Shown piece after piece: positions 48,037-58,190 of a DNA stretch of 64,000 nucleotides. Made by a program: the position numbers and the translations under genes. The DNA is from an uncultured Chlamydiales bacterium (GTDB lineage: Bacteria; Chlamydiota; Chlamydiia; Chlamydiales; Rhabdochlamydiaceae). Every line of letters starts with the position of its first letter. Position 1 is the first letter of the stretch. The notes under the pieces were generated by a model. That model was not told the DNA's origin and searched no databases. It saw nothing but the letters and a program-made list of their open reading frames with translations. The DNA is taken from NCBI GenBank assembly GCA_963700985.1, contig OY969554.1:1376001-1440000 (forward strand), given 5' to 3'.

Positions 48037-49482
48037 ATGTTTATTCAAAAATGTTTTTTTTGGATCCTTATGAAAATAAGCGACCTGCGACTGATCATTT
48101 CCAAGGGAGAAGATAGCCGACATCAGTTTAAAGAAGATGTCCGCAATGGAGATTCTCTTGCGGCTGAAATGGTCGCTTTCTCTAATTCTCAGGGCGGCCG
48201 CATTTTTATCGGGGTATCAAACCAGGGAATTTTAACAGGCCTATCCTCTGCCGACGTCGATAGGATTAACCAAATTATCGGCAACGCAGCCAATCAGCAT
48301 GTCCGCGGCCCTGTTACTATCCAAACTGAGAATATCGCTATTGGTTCTAATCGCATCGTTATTGTGTTAACCATTCCCGAAGGGATTGATAAACCCTACT
48401 TTGACCATCATGGGGTTATCTGGTTAAAAAGTGGGGCCGATAAGAGACGCGTCAATTCTAAAGAGGAACTGCGCAGGCTTTTCCAAGAAGTAGATCTTGT
48501 GCATGCAGATGAAGTGCCTACACGAGCTGGAATTGAGGTGCTGAATTCGAAAGTGTTTTTAGATTTTCTCAAAAAAACATATCAGGAACCATATCCTAAA
48601 GTTCGTGTAAAAAGGCTTCAACTTCTAGAAAACATGAACTTAGCCAAGGGCGATCATTTGAATTTAGCTGGCCTGCTTCTTTTTGGAATGAAACCTCAAG
48701 TTTATAAACCAGCATTCGTGATTAAAGCGGTGTCATTTTCTGGAACTCAAATAACCAATCACTATTTAGATAGTGAGGACTTTGAAGGTTCTCTATCGAG
48801 CGTATTTCAAGGGGCTTTAGCCTTCATTATGCGAAATTTGCGGAAGGTACAAAAGAATAAAGGAGTTAACTCCCTTGGAGAGCCAGAAATTCCTCAGCTT
48901 GTGTTTGAAGAGCTTCTTGTCAATGCTTTGATCCACCGGGATTATTTTATCTCAGCGCCTATCAGACTGCTCGTTTTTGATGATCGGATAGAGATCATCA
49001 ATCCAGGTAACCTTTCCGATCACCTCACCATTGAGAAAATTAGAGCTGGGAACTCAATCCAGCGCAATCCAGTTTTAGCATCTTTTGTAGCCAAGGGATT
49101 ATTACCTTACCGCGGACTTGGCACGGGCATCCGCCGAGCTCTTCAAGACTGGCCTCATATAGAGTTCATCAATGATCAAGATGGTTGTCTCTTTACGACT
49201 GTTATATCTAGAGTAACTGTGCAAGAAATAGCATCTAGAAAAACATTAGGCGACCCTAGAAATGACCCTAGAAATGACCCTAGAAATGACCCTAGAAATG
49301 AGATCCAGATCTATATTTTAAAACTCCTGCGAGAAGATCCCTGGATTTCCTACGAGGATGTTGCAAAGAAACTCAAAAAAGATCGAAGTACCATCAAAAG
49401 AAATATTCGGCTGCTAAAATTGCATGGGCTTTTACGCCGTTCTGGACCCACGAAAAAAGGAGTCTGGGAAGTATTAAAATAG
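48037..49482 (+). CDS. AlbA_2 + HATPase_c-like + HTH protein (RecG-like transcriptional regulator family)
   Basis: GEDSRHQFK, AFSNSQGG, ELLVNALIHRDY, RNP, GTGI, C-terminal HTH with G.TKKG.W. Confidence 0.85.
   Translation: MFIQKCFFWILMKISDLRLIISKGEDSRHQFKEDVRNGDSLAAEMVAFSNSQGGRIFIGVSNQGILTGLSSADVDRINQIIGNAANQHVRGPVTIQTENIAIGSNRIVIVLTIPEGIDKPYFDHHGVIWLKSGADKRRVNSKEELRRLFQEVDLVHADEVPTRAGIEVLNSKVFLDFLKKTYQEPYPKVRVKRLQLLENMNLAKGDHLNLAGLLLFGMKPQVYKPAFVIKAVSFSGTQITNHYLDSEDFEGSLSSVFQGALAFIMRNLRKVQKNKGVNSLGEPEIPQLVFEELLVNALIHRDYFISAPIRLLVFDDRIEIINPGNLSDHLTIEKIRAGNSIQRNPVLASFVAKGLLPYRGLGTGIRRALQDWPHIEFINDQDGCLFTTVISRVTVQEIASRKTLGDPRNDPRNDPRNDPRNEIQIYILKLLREDPWISYEDVAKKLKKDRSTIKRNIRLLKLHGLLRRSGPTKKGVWEVLK
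49252..49299 (+). repeat. 4 x 12-bp in-frame tandem repeat encoding DPRN
   Basis: gaccctagaaat repeated four times. Confidence 0.9.
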
Positions 49483-49484
49483 TC

Positions 49485-51257
49485 TTACATACGCTCAACG
49501 GTACGCAGTCCTAAGATCTCAAGACCTTGCCTGAGCACGCGGGCCGTGGCTTCACAGAGCATGAGACGGCTGTTCTCTTCAGGAGTGCCCTCAACGCGGC
49601 AGTCGCGGAAAAAGGCATTAAACTTATCTGCCAGCAGATAGAGATACTCGGTCAGACGGTTGGGCAGAAGCTCATTTACAATCGCATCTAATGTTTCGCC
49701 AAACTGACGCAGGTGCAATGCCAGTGCGATCTCGGCCGGATGCTCGAGCTGAATGTGATTTTTTTCGATCACCGCATCGATATCTTTGCCAACTTTGCGC
49801 TTAATCCCTTGCACACGCACATAAGCATAAAGCAAGAAGGCAGCTGTGTTTCCCTCAAATTTTAGCATGCGATCGTAGCTAAAAACATAATCTTTCTGAC
49901 GGTGACCGGAAAGATCAGAATACTTTACCGCACCAATGCCTAAAGCTTGGGCAAGCTCACTCTTTTCTGATTTAGAGATATCTGGCAGGCGTTCTTCAAT
50001 GATTTTCTCTGCGCGCAGGGTAGCTTCATTTAAAAGATCGATCAGCTTCTCTGTTTCGCCCGAGCGCGTCTTGAACTTCTTGCCGTCCTGACCCAAAACT
50101 ACTCCAAAGGCCACATGATCAACGCGCACTTTTTTGGGATCGAGGTAACCGGCGAGTTCTGCGGCTTTGAAAAACATACGGCAGTGTAAGCTTTGCCCCG
50201 CATCGATCACATAAATAGCGCGATCCGCTTTTTCAACTTCAATGCGATAGCGCAAGCTCGCTAAATCGGTCGCATCATAGTTGTAGCCACCATCGGCCTT
50301 CTGCACAATCATCGGCAAAGGTTCACCCTCTGGAGTGAGAAATCCCTCCATGAAAATGCACTTAGCTCCATCGGAAATGGTAATTAGCCCTTTATTTGTA
50401 AGGTCGTCAATTAACGGCTTGAGGTAAGGGTTGTAGAATGATTCACCACGCTCAACTAGTTTGACATCCAGAATATCATAGATCTCCTGAAATCCTTTGC
50501 GTGAGATAGCACAGATCATCTGCCAAGCTTTAAGCGATTCGAGATCACCACCTTGCAAAAGCACAACTTGATTCTGTGCGCGTTTTTTGAATTCGGGATC
50601 AGCGTCAAAACGAATCTTCGACTGCTTATACCAGTGCATAAGCATGGAAAGCTCAGCCGGCTTTTCGCCTTTTAATACATCCGGGACTTCGTCGTGCATA
50701 TAGGTGATCAACATCCCGAACTGCGTTCCCCAATCACCCACGTGATTGAGTCTCAATACATCGTGTCCTAAAAACTCAAACAGCCGCGCAAGCGCATCGC
50801 CGATAACAGTAGAACGCAAGTGGCCTACATGCATCTCTTTAGCCACGTTGGGTGAAGAGAAATCGACAATCACACGTTGTCTCTTTTCAGGACGCGGGGC
50901 TCCTAAATAGGGATCTCTTAATAGATGATCAGCTTCGCGCGCTAGAAAATTTGTATCGAGAGTAAAATTGATAAAGCCTGCACCGGCAATCTCCACCTTA
51001 TCAACCATTGAAGAGCCGTTCGGAGCTTTTGTATTGAAGTGTGCGATGATCTTCTGAGCGACATCTCTTGGAGAAGTCTTCAGAGCTTTAGCTAATTTTA
51101 GCGCATTATTGCACTGATAGTGGCCAAACTGAGGATTTGTGCTCTGCTCGACTTCAGGCTGCAGAAGCTCTTCATTTTCAACCGGTAAGTCCTTGAAGGC
51201 ATCAAGCAATGCCTGCTTTACCTTGTGCTTCAAGAGCGTAGAGATATTTTGCATCAA
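49485..51257 (-). CDS. argS: Arginine--tRNA ligase
   Basis: DFSSPNVAKEMHVGHLRST, GDWGTQFG, KFKTRSG, C-terminal ERM. Confidence 0.97.
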   Translation of the reverse strand: MMQNISTLLKHKVKQALLDAFKDLPVENEELLQPEVEQSTNPQFGHYQCNNALKLAKALKTSPRDVAQKIIAHFNTKAPNGSSMVDKVEIAGAGFINFTLDTNFLAREADHLLRDPYLGAPRPEKRQRVIVDFSSPNVAKEMHVGHLRSTVIGDALARLFEFLGHDVLRLNHVGDWGTQFGMLITYMHDEVPDVLKGEKPAELSMLMHWYKQSKIRFDADPEFKKRAQNQVVLLQGGDLESLKAWQMICAISRKGFQEIYDILDVKLVERGESFYNPYLKPLIDDLTNKGLITISDGAKCIFMEGFLTPEGEPLPMIVQKADGGYNYDATDLASLRYRIEVEKADRAIYVIDAGQSLHCRMFFKAAELAGYLDPKKVRVDHVAFGVVLGQDGKKFKTRSGETEKLIDLLNEATLRAEKIIEERLPDISKSEKSELAQALGIGAVKYSDLSGHRQKDYVFSYDRMLKFEGNTAAFLLYAYVRVQGIKRKVGKDIDAVIEKNHIQLEHPAEIALALHLRQFGETLDAIVNELLPNRLTEYLYLLADKFNAFFRDCRVEGTPEENSRLMLCEATARVLRQGLEILGLRTVERM

Positions 51258-51264
51258 AACTCAG

Positions 51265-52374
51265 TTATTTTTGTGCGTGGTGAAAGCAGGGAGCGATTTC
51301 GCGCTTACCCAATCCATATTTCAAGCGATAATCACAAAGTGTAATTGCTGCCGCTTGCGTCGAAATCTGATTCTGCTCAGAAATCGCATAAATAGCCATA
51401 AGCTGATCATAAATCTTATCCGTTTTATCACGGGCAACTGACGGATTATACCCTTCAGTCAAAAGCTCTTGCGTCACATTAATCAGACCGCCCGCATTGA
51501 TCACAAAATCTGGAGCATAGAGAATTCCACGCATACGCAGCAGATCCGCATCGCTATCTTTAAGCAGCTGATTATTCGCACAACCTGCTACCGCTGAGCA
51601 GCGCAATTTGCTAATTGAAGCCGCATTGAGAATGCCTCCCATCGCACAAGGAGCCAGAACGTCGCATTCAACTGCTAGCACTTCGTTTGGCGCAATCACT
51701 TCTGCACCGTAGAGCTTAGCCAGGCGTGCAGCTTTTTCTTGATTGATGTCACTTAAAATAAGTCTTGCACCCGACCAGAAAAGCAGCTCGGCTAGCCTTG
51801 CGCCAACACACCCAAGGCCCTGGATCGCAATTTTCTTTCCTTCTATAGAATCGCTGCCCGTAACTTTCTTCAACACGGATTGAATACCGCGAAAAGTGCC
51901 CCAAGCAGTAAAAGGCCCAGGATCGCCACTACTTCTAGGATGATCAAGACCAACCACATAAGGAGTCACGTCGCTGACGATCTTCATGTCGGCAGTAGTA
52001 CAGCCCACATCCTCTGCACATATATAGAGGCCATTTAAACGGTTAACTGCTTCGCCGAAAGCCAGCATGAGTTCTTTGGGTTTGCCTTTCTGTGCATCAT
52101 GGATAATTACGCTTTTGCCTCCGCCCCAGCCACAATCGGCCACAGCAGATTTATAGGTCATGCCTCTGGCGAGACGCTTCACATCTTCAAGGGCAGCCTC
52201 AAAGGTAGTATAAGGATAGATGCGAGTTCCTCCTAAGGCAGGCCCCAGCGTGGTATTGTGGATGCAGATAATTGCCTGCAATCCGGCTTTGGGAGCAGTG
52301 ACTTTAATTACCCTCTCATACCCTTCGACAAGAATATCCTCTAATACTAGCGGCTCCTCTAAAACCAGAGTCAT
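51265..52374 (-). CDS. Glu/Leu/Phe/Val dehydrogenase (leucine dehydrogenase-like)
   Basis: LGPALGGTR, GMTYK, GGGKSVI, AEDVG, GCANNQL, APDFVINAGG; start placed at MTLVLEE. Confidence 0.92.
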   Translation of the reverse strand: MTLVLEEPLVLEDILVEGYERVIKVTAPKAGLQAIICIHNTTLGPALGGTRIYPYTTFEAALEDVKRLARGMTYKSAVADCGWGGGKSVIIHDAQKGKPKELMLAFGEAVNRLNGLYICAEDVGCTTADMKIVSDVTPYVVGLDHPRSSGDPGPFTAWGTFRGIQSVLKKVTGSDSIEGKKIAIQGLGCVGARLAELLFWSGARLILSDINQEKAARLAKLYGAEVIAPNEVLAVECDVLAPCAMGGILNAASISKLRCSAVAGCANNQLLKDSDADLLRMRGILYAPDFVINAGGLINVTQELLTEGYNPSVARDKTDKIYDQLMAIYAISEQNQISTQAAAITLCDYRLKYGLGKREIAPCFHHAQK

Positions 52375-52503
52375 ATTTCCCTCATTTTGAAAATTAGAAA
52401 GGCTCAATTGTCCAAATTAAGGGACATATTGACAAGTTCCTTGATCATTAATTCCATGTTGGGCTACCCTCAACCTCACTATTTTTTGTATTTAGAGGTC
52501 AAA

Positions 52504-53244
52504 ATGACAAGTGTTGTCATTTCGGAAAATTTAAAGGAAGAACTTGAAAAGTTCCTCAAAAAGAACCGAAAAGCAGATTTAATCAGCGCCTATCTCTTCT
52601 TTTTAGAAAAGAAGTATAACATCCATCCGGTTCTTTTCATCCGTGAAAAGGTGATCTACCAGAGCCAAGATGCACTTATTAAGAAGCTTGAAGAGCACGG
52701 CAAGCTCTGGCGCGAGACCGAAATTAAGATCCAGGTCGGCCAGCAGAGCGTTAATGAGCATACAAAGAAAATTTATATTTGCCCATTTACCGGTAAAGTT
52801 TTCGGCGACAATACACATCCTAATCCTCAAGACGCCATTTACGACTGGGTTTCTAATTGCCCAGAAAATAAAGAGCGCGTTGGTGGCTTAAAGGTTAAAA
52901 GATTTTTTGTTTCTGAAGATCCTGAAGTAATTAAAAATTATATTGTGAAACTGAAGGCGCCGATTACCAAAATCGTCTTCTCTTCAGCAGTCACGGGCAA
53001 GCTCTTCAATAGCAAAGCTGCCGTAATTGATGATTTCATGAAAAATCAGCTTAAGCCTTTCTCTCTTGCAGAAGCTACCAATCAAAACCGCTTCCAACTC
53101 GAAGATGAGTTCCTCGCCTTCATTCAGAAACACCTCGAAGAAAGCAAGATCAATGCTTTCGTTGAAGCGATGAATGGTTTCGATGCATTCTCATCATATG
53201 TTGAGCAGTGGACAGAAGAAGAGCAGCACGCAGCAGAGGAATGA
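52504..53244 (+). CDS. Chlamydia-conserved DUF2709 protein
   Basis: LWRETEI, KKIYICPFTGKVFGDN, NPQDAIYDWVS. Confidence 0.8.
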   Translation: MTSVVISENLKEELEKFLKKNRKADLISAYLFFLEKKYNIHPVLFIREKVIYQSQDALIKKLEEHGKLWRETEIKIQVGQQSVNEHTKKIYICPFTGKVFGDNTHPNPQDAIYDWVSNCPENKERVGGLKVKRFFVSEDPEVIKNYIVKLKAPITKIVFSSAVTGKLFNSKAAVIDDFMKNQLKPFSLAEATNQNRFQLEDEFLAFIQKHLEESKINAFVEAMNGFDAFSSYVEQWTEEEQHAAEE

Positions 53245-53672
53245 GCCAGCAGATCTTGTACTCTAGGTCAGCCGAAGAGACGATTGAACATGGAGTGCGG
53301 ATCGGAAAAGATCTCCCTCCTGGCAGTGTGCTCTGCTTTATGGGCGATCTAGGAGCCGGCAAGACCACCTTTATTAAAGGCATTGCTAAAGGGGCGGGAC
53401 ATATCGCAGAAAGAGAGGTTAGCAGTCCCACTTTCTCTTATTTGCACATCTACTCCGGAAAGTTGCCCATCTACCACTTCGATCTTTACAGACTGCGCTC
53501 TCCCGAAGAGTTTTGCTCCTTGGGATTTGATGAATATTTTGATGCAGATGGCATCTCGTGCATCGAATGGGCAGAAAGAATCGAAACGATCCTTCCGCCA
53601 AATACACTTCTGTTGCATTTTGCACACGAAGGCGAAGATACCAGAAAAATTGTGCTCTCAAGGAACTCTTAA
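53241..53672 (+). CDS. tsaE: tRNA t6A biosynthesis ATPase
   Basis: GDLGAGKTTF, SSPTF, YHFDLYRL, IEWAE; ATG overlaps upstream stop. Confidence 0.95.
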   Translation: MSQQILYSRSAEETIEHGVRIGKDLPPGSVLCFMGDLGAGKTTFIKGIAKGAGHIAEREVSSPTFSYLHIYSGKLPIYHFDLYRLRSPEEFCSLGFDEYFDADGISCIEWAERIETILPPNTLLLHFAHEGEDTRKIVLSRNS

Positions 53673-53679
53673 GGAAATA

Positions 53680-54435
53680 ATGGGCCAACTCAATAAAGAC
53701 GTCTTTGTCTGCTACGATCTAGAAACTACGGGCCTCGATGCTACTCAAGATCGCATTATTGAAATCGCATGTGTGCGTTTTACATTCAATGAAGTGTTAG
53801 AGACTTTTGAAACACTCATCGACCCAGGTTGCCCAATTAGCCAGGAATCGATTGCGATTCACCACATCACAGATGCCATGGTCGAAGGCAAGCCCAAAAT
53901 TGAGAGCGTGCTTTCTTCTGTTGTAAAGTTTCTAGGCAAAGAGATCCTAGTTGGACATGGCATTCAGATGGATATCTCTTTTATCTCTGCTGCATGCAAA
54001 CGCCATAGCGTACCCTGCCAGATCGAATCGCAAACATACATCGACACTCTGCGCCTGGCTCGCCTCTATGGCGAAAGCCCCATGAATTCTCTTGAAAAAC
54101 TCCGCGAGCACTTCAACATCGCTCCCGAAGGCGCCCATCGCGCGATGAGCGACGTGATCGTCAACATCGAAGTGTTTAAGTATCTATCCAAGCAGTTCAA
54201 AACCACTGAACAGCTGCTCGAACGTCTGAAACGCCCGATCCTGCTCAAAAACATGCCCTTGGGCAAACACAAAGGCAGACCTTTTTCTGAAATCCCCATC
54301 GAATACCTACAATGGGCTATCCATAAGGACTTCGATCAAGATCTAATCTTCTCCATCCGCACCGAACTGAACCGCCGCAAGAAAGGCCGAGGCAACCTCT
54401 TCTCTCAAGCCGGCAACCCCTTCTCCTCTCTGTAA
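53680..54435 (+). CDS. dnaQ: DnaQ-like DEDDh 3'-5' exonuclease
   Basis: DLETTGL, VGHG, IDTL, HRAMSD, MPLGKHKG; start placed at MGQLNK. Confidence 0.88.
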   Translation: MGQLNKDVFVCYDLETTGLDATQDRIIEIACVRFTFNEVLETFETLIDPGCPISQESIAIHHITDAMVEGKPKIESVLSSVVKFLGKEILVGHGIQMDISFISAACKRHSVPCQIESQTYIDTLRLARLYGESPMNSLEKLREHFNIAPEGAHRAMSDVIVNIEVFKYLSKQFKTTEQLLERLKRPILLKNMPLGKHKGRPFSEIPIEYLQWAIHKDFDQDLIFSIRTELNRRKKGRGNLFSQAGNPFSSL

Positions 54436-54490
54436 AACTTTACCTCTTAATTATTTAAGAGTTGCAACTATCATTAACGAATATACAGGC

Positions 54491-54749
54491 TAATTAACAT
54501 CTTTGTACGAGCGCAGCCTCCACAAATCTGTTGCTATTTGCATTCAACCAAAATCAGGTGTGGTGTTGAGCGCCCCGCCAGCTTAACTGCCTTTTCTGGT
54601 GTCATGCTGGATTTCTCATTCACAATTCGATTGATTATCGTGTAATCACAACCCAAATGAATAGCGAGATCGTTTTGGCTGATTGCCAAAGGTTTTAAGA
54701 ACTCTTCATTAAGGATGTTTCTAGGAGAAGTGGGTCTTCTATATATCAT
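54491..54749 (-). pseudogene. higA: Frameshifted HigA-family antitoxin
   Basis: PTSP..ILNEEFLKPL.ISQ..LA; typical C-terminus ALNTTPDF / WLN / QIATDLW is split across frames. Confidence 0.7.
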
Positions 54750-54869
54750 CCTTTCTAATCTTTGTAGACCATAGATGTGCTGCTAGAATGGCTTGGATAC
54801 TCATAAAAATATTGACTTCTCTTTATTGCTTGTGAAAAAATTGCACGAATCTCTCCAGGAGGATATCAA

Positions 54870-55718
54870 ATGCAAGGCGAAATCGTTAAAAAGTTACAAA
54901 GTCGTTTTGATGCCTTGATGCAAAGTATCCCAGGGGAAGAAATTGAATTCTGGTTTGCCCGAGATCTCCAAGAACCTCTAGGGTACTTGCGCTGGGAGAA
55001 CTTTATGACAGCCTTGCAGCGGGCTATAGAATCTTGTCAGACAACGGGTTATGACCCAAACGATCATTTTCGTGGCGTCACGAAAATGATCAGCCTGGGC
55101 AAGGGAGCCGAACGATCCATCGAAGATTTCATGCTTACCCGCTATGCCTGCTACCTGATTGCTCAAAATGGTGATCCTCGCAAAGAGCCTATTGCCTTTG
55201 CCCAAAGTTATTTTGCTGTTCAAACACGCAAGCAGGAACTGATAGAAGCTCGTATGCGTCTTCAGGACAGACTGGAAGTTCGTGAAAAACTAAGAGAATC
55301 AGAAAAAACGCTTTCTCAGAATATTTATGAGCGCGGTGTGGATGATGCCGGCTTTGCTCGCATTCGTTCTAAGGGAGATGCTGCGCTATTTGGTGGATAT
55401 TCAACGCAGGCAATGAAAAGCAAATATGGGATTACTGAAAGTCGTCCATTGGCCGACTTTTTGCCAACATTGACTATTGCCGCTAAAAATTTAGCAACAG
55501 AAATGACTAATCACAACGTGCTACAGGATGATTTGCAAGGAGAAGGTGCAATAGCAGGGGAGCACGTTCAAAATAACTTGAGTGTACGCGATATGCTAGA
55601 GGCTCGTGGTATTAAGCCGGAAAATTTACCTCCGGAAGAGGATGTCATGAAGCTTGAGCGCCGTGTGAAACCCGAAGAGAAAAAACTGGTCAAACAATCC
55701 GGAAAGTTGCCAAGGTAA
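54870..55718 (+). CDS. dinD: DNA damage-inducible protein D
   Basis: WFARDLQ..LGY..WENF, LTRYACYLIAQNGDPRK..IAFAQ.YFA.QTR. Confidence 0.9.
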   Translation: MQGEIVKKLQSRFDALMQSIPGEEIEFWFARDLQEPLGYLRWENFMTALQRAIESCQTTGYDPNDHFRGVTKMISLGKGAERSIEDFMLTRYACYLIAQNGDPRKEPIAFAQSYFAVQTRKQELIEARMRLQDRLEVREKLRESEKTLSQNIYERGVDDAGFARIRSKGDAALFGGYSTQAMKSKYGITESRPLADFLPTLTIAAKNLATEMTNHNVLQDDLQGEGAIAGEHVQNNLSVRDMLEARGIKPENLPPEEDVMKLERRVKPEEKKLVKQSGKLPR

Positions 55719-55739
55719 GAAAAAGGCTATATCAGTCAG

Positions 55740-56861
55740 ATGAAAAGATCACTGTTTGCTGTTTTACTCCTACTGCTCACGTCGATGCAGCTGCCAATGC
55801 AGCTGCCCAAGGACATCAAGGGCATCCGCTATGAACATCGCGTGCTTGAAGGGCCTGTTTGCGTTCACATCTTAGAAGTCGATCCAAAAAACGCAGATAT
55901 CGCCGCAACGCATGCGCCCCCACAAGTTCTCGCGCTTGCTCCAACTTCGGAAATCGCAAAAGCCAAAGGTGCATTTGCTGCCATAAACGGCGGCTTCTAT
56001 CGCCTGGAAGGCATCTACGCCGGTTCCTGTTCGGGAATTCTTAAAGTAGATGGCGAGTGGCTCTCTTCACCAAGGCTAGAACGCGCAGCCCTTGGCTGGA
56101 ATAAAAAAGATGGTAGCGTGCTCATCGATCGCGTGGGCTGGCGCGGAGAAGTGAAGTGGAAAAACTCGCGGATTTACTTGGATGGCATCAACCAACCAGC
56201 ACTCAAAGACAAAGTGATTCTGTATACCTCCTCTTTTGCCCCATCAACGCTGACACCAAGCGGCAGCCTTGATCTGCAACTAAGCTCCACCTATCAAATC
56301 CTGGCCTTTAATAAATCTGGGAATACGCCCATTCCTGAAAATGGTTATGTGATTGCAATTGGTGAAGAGTATCCAGACATCGTCACGCCTTTTGAAGTTG
56401 GCAAAAAGCTCGAGCTCTCATTGCAGGTCGTTCCAATTATCCATCCCAAAAGCGCGGCGCGCTGGAATAGTTTTGATGATATCGTGGGAGGAACACCTCT
56501 TTTAGTTGATAATGGTCAAGTGATCACCGATTTTTCCGCTGAAAAAACCCGCACCTCTTTTTTACTCGAGAGACACCCACGCACGGCTGTAGGTATTAAA
56601 GCCGATGGTCACTGGCTCTTTGTAGTGATCGATGGTCGTCAACCAGAAATTAGCCTCGGCATGACCATGAACGAGCTAGCGCGCTTTATGCATAGCATCG
56701 GATCAGTGTCAGCCATAAATTTCGATGGGGGCGGCTCTTCCACGCTCTATTTGAATGGATCAGTAATTAACATCCCTTCTATAAGTGAAGAGGATGTGTT
56801 GCGCGAAGAGGGGGTAGAGCGCCCCGTCAGCGACGCCATCCTAATCTATAAGCGCAGCTAA
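55740..56861 (+). CDS. Phosphodiester glycosidase (NAGPA-like) family protein
   Basis: Signal peptide, AAINGGFY, HPRTAVG, IDGRQ, AINFDGGGSS, ERPVSDA. Confidence 0.85.
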   Translation: MKRSLFAVLLLLLTSMQLPMQLPKDIKGIRYEHRVLEGPVCVHILEVDPKNADIAATHAPPQVLALAPTSEIAKAKGAFAAINGGFYRLEGIYAGSCSGILKVDGEWLSSPRLERAALGWNKKDGSVLIDRVGWRGEVKWKNSRIYLDGINQPALKDKVILYTSSFAPSTLTPSGSLDLQLSSTYQILAFNKSGNTPIPENGYVIAIGEEYPDIVTPFEVGKKLELSLQVVPIIHPKSAARWNSFDDIVGGTPLLVDNGQVITDFSAEKTRTSFLLERHPRTAVGIKADGHWLFVVIDGRQPEISLGMTMNELARFMHSIGSVSAINFDGGGSSTLYLNGSVINIPSISEEDVLREEGVERPVSDAILIYKRS

Positions 56862-56864
56862 AGC

Positions 56865-58076
56865 ATGCCAAAGCTTTCACTCAAAGATCTCTCTGTGAAA
56901 GGCAAAAAAGTGCTCATGCGCGTCGACTTTAACGTGCCGCTAGATGAACGTGGCAAAATCACAGATGATACGAGAATCCGCGAAGCGCTTGCCTCCATCG
57001 AATATGTGCTAAAGCAGGGTGGCAGCGTTATCTTGATGAGCCATCTCGGGAGACCAAAAGGAAAAAGCGACCCAAAATTCACACTCGCTCCCTGTGCAGA
57101 AGCTCTAAGCAAACTTCTAGGTAAGCCCGTTCAATTCGCCAAAGATTGCATTGGTGATGAGACTGCAAAAATGGCCAAGAATCTAAAAGAGAGCGAAGTG
57201 CTGCTCTTAGAAAATTTACGTTTTTATGCGGCGGAAGAGGATCCCTCTGTTGACCCAACCTTCGCCCAAAAACTCGCCAAGCTCGGAGATATTTACGTTA
57301 ACGACGCCTTTGGCACAGCTCACCGCGCGCACTCTTCAACTTATGCCATTGTCAAATACTTTCCAGGTAAAGCCGCGGCTGGCTTTCTCATGCAAAAAGA
57401 GCTCTCTTTTCTCGAACCTTTAATTAAAAATCCGGCGCGACCTTTTTATGCGATCATCGGCGGAGCTAAGATCTCCTCAAAGATCGGTGTTTTAAAATCT
57501 CTAATCACAAAAGTCGATGCGCTCTTTATCGGCGGAGGCATGGCTTTTACTTTCTTTAAAGCCCAGAATATATCGATCGGAAAATCGATCTGTGAAGACG
57601 ATCTTCTGCAAACGGCTCGTGAGATCATGCAGATGTGCACCTCTAAAAACATTTCTATCTATTTCCCTAAAGATCTACTCATCACGGACAATCTTAAAGA
57701 AAATGGGGCTGTTAAAACAATTTTTGCCAAAGATGGGATTCCAGATGGATGGGAAGGTGCAGACATTGGCCCTCAAACCGTCAAAGAGTGGAGTCAAGAG
57801 CTAAAGAAAGCTCAAACAATTTTTTGGAATGGTCCCGTAGGTGTTTTTGAGAAGCCTGCCTTTGCTAAAGGCACTAATATGCTCGCCACAGCTATGGCAG
57901 AGCTCAGATCTACCCGCATTATAGGAGGGGGAGACTCGGTCGCGGCAATCAACCAGCTTAATCTTGCAAAAAATTTTACACATCTCTCTACCGGCGGAGG
58001 GGCAGCTTTGGAATTTCTCGAATACGGAAAGCTCCCAGGAATTGAAGTTTTAACTGACGCAGAAAATAAAAAATAA
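56865..58076 (+). CDS. pgk: Phosphoglycerate kinase
   Basis: RVDFNVP, SHLGRP, LENLRF, NDAFGTAHRAH, GGGDS, STGGGA. Confidence 0.97.
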   Translation: MPKLSLKDLSVKGKKVLMRVDFNVPLDERGKITDDTRIREALASIEYVLKQGGSVILMSHLGRPKGKSDPKFTLAPCAEALSKLLGKPVQFAKDCIGDETAKMAKNLKESEVLLLENLRFYAAEEDPSVDPTFAQKLAKLGDIYVNDAFGTAHRAHSSTYAIVKYFPGKAAAGFLMQKELSFLEPLIKNPARPFYAIIGGAKISSKIGVLKSLITKVDALFIGGGMAFTFFKAQNISIGKSICEDDLLQTAREIMQMCTSKNISIYFPKDLLITDNLKENGAVKTIFAKDGIPDGWEGADIGPQTVKEWSQELKKAQTIFWNGPVGVFEKPAFAKGTNMLATAMAELRSTRIIGGGDSVAAINQLNLAKNFTHLSTGGGAALEFLEYGKLPGIEVLTDAENKK

Positions 58077-58190
58077 AGTTGGTTTGGGATAAAATCACGA
58101 AAATGCAAAAAAGTATAGTGGGCATATCAGCCAAATCTGTTATGCTGCTTGATTAATTGCACAGATAACTATCTTCCGGCGGTTTATAAA

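Noticed and set aside
53383-53679. N-terminal extension of the dnaQ ORF
   Set aside because: Overlaps tsaE; ATG 53680 with an aagga RBS is the better start
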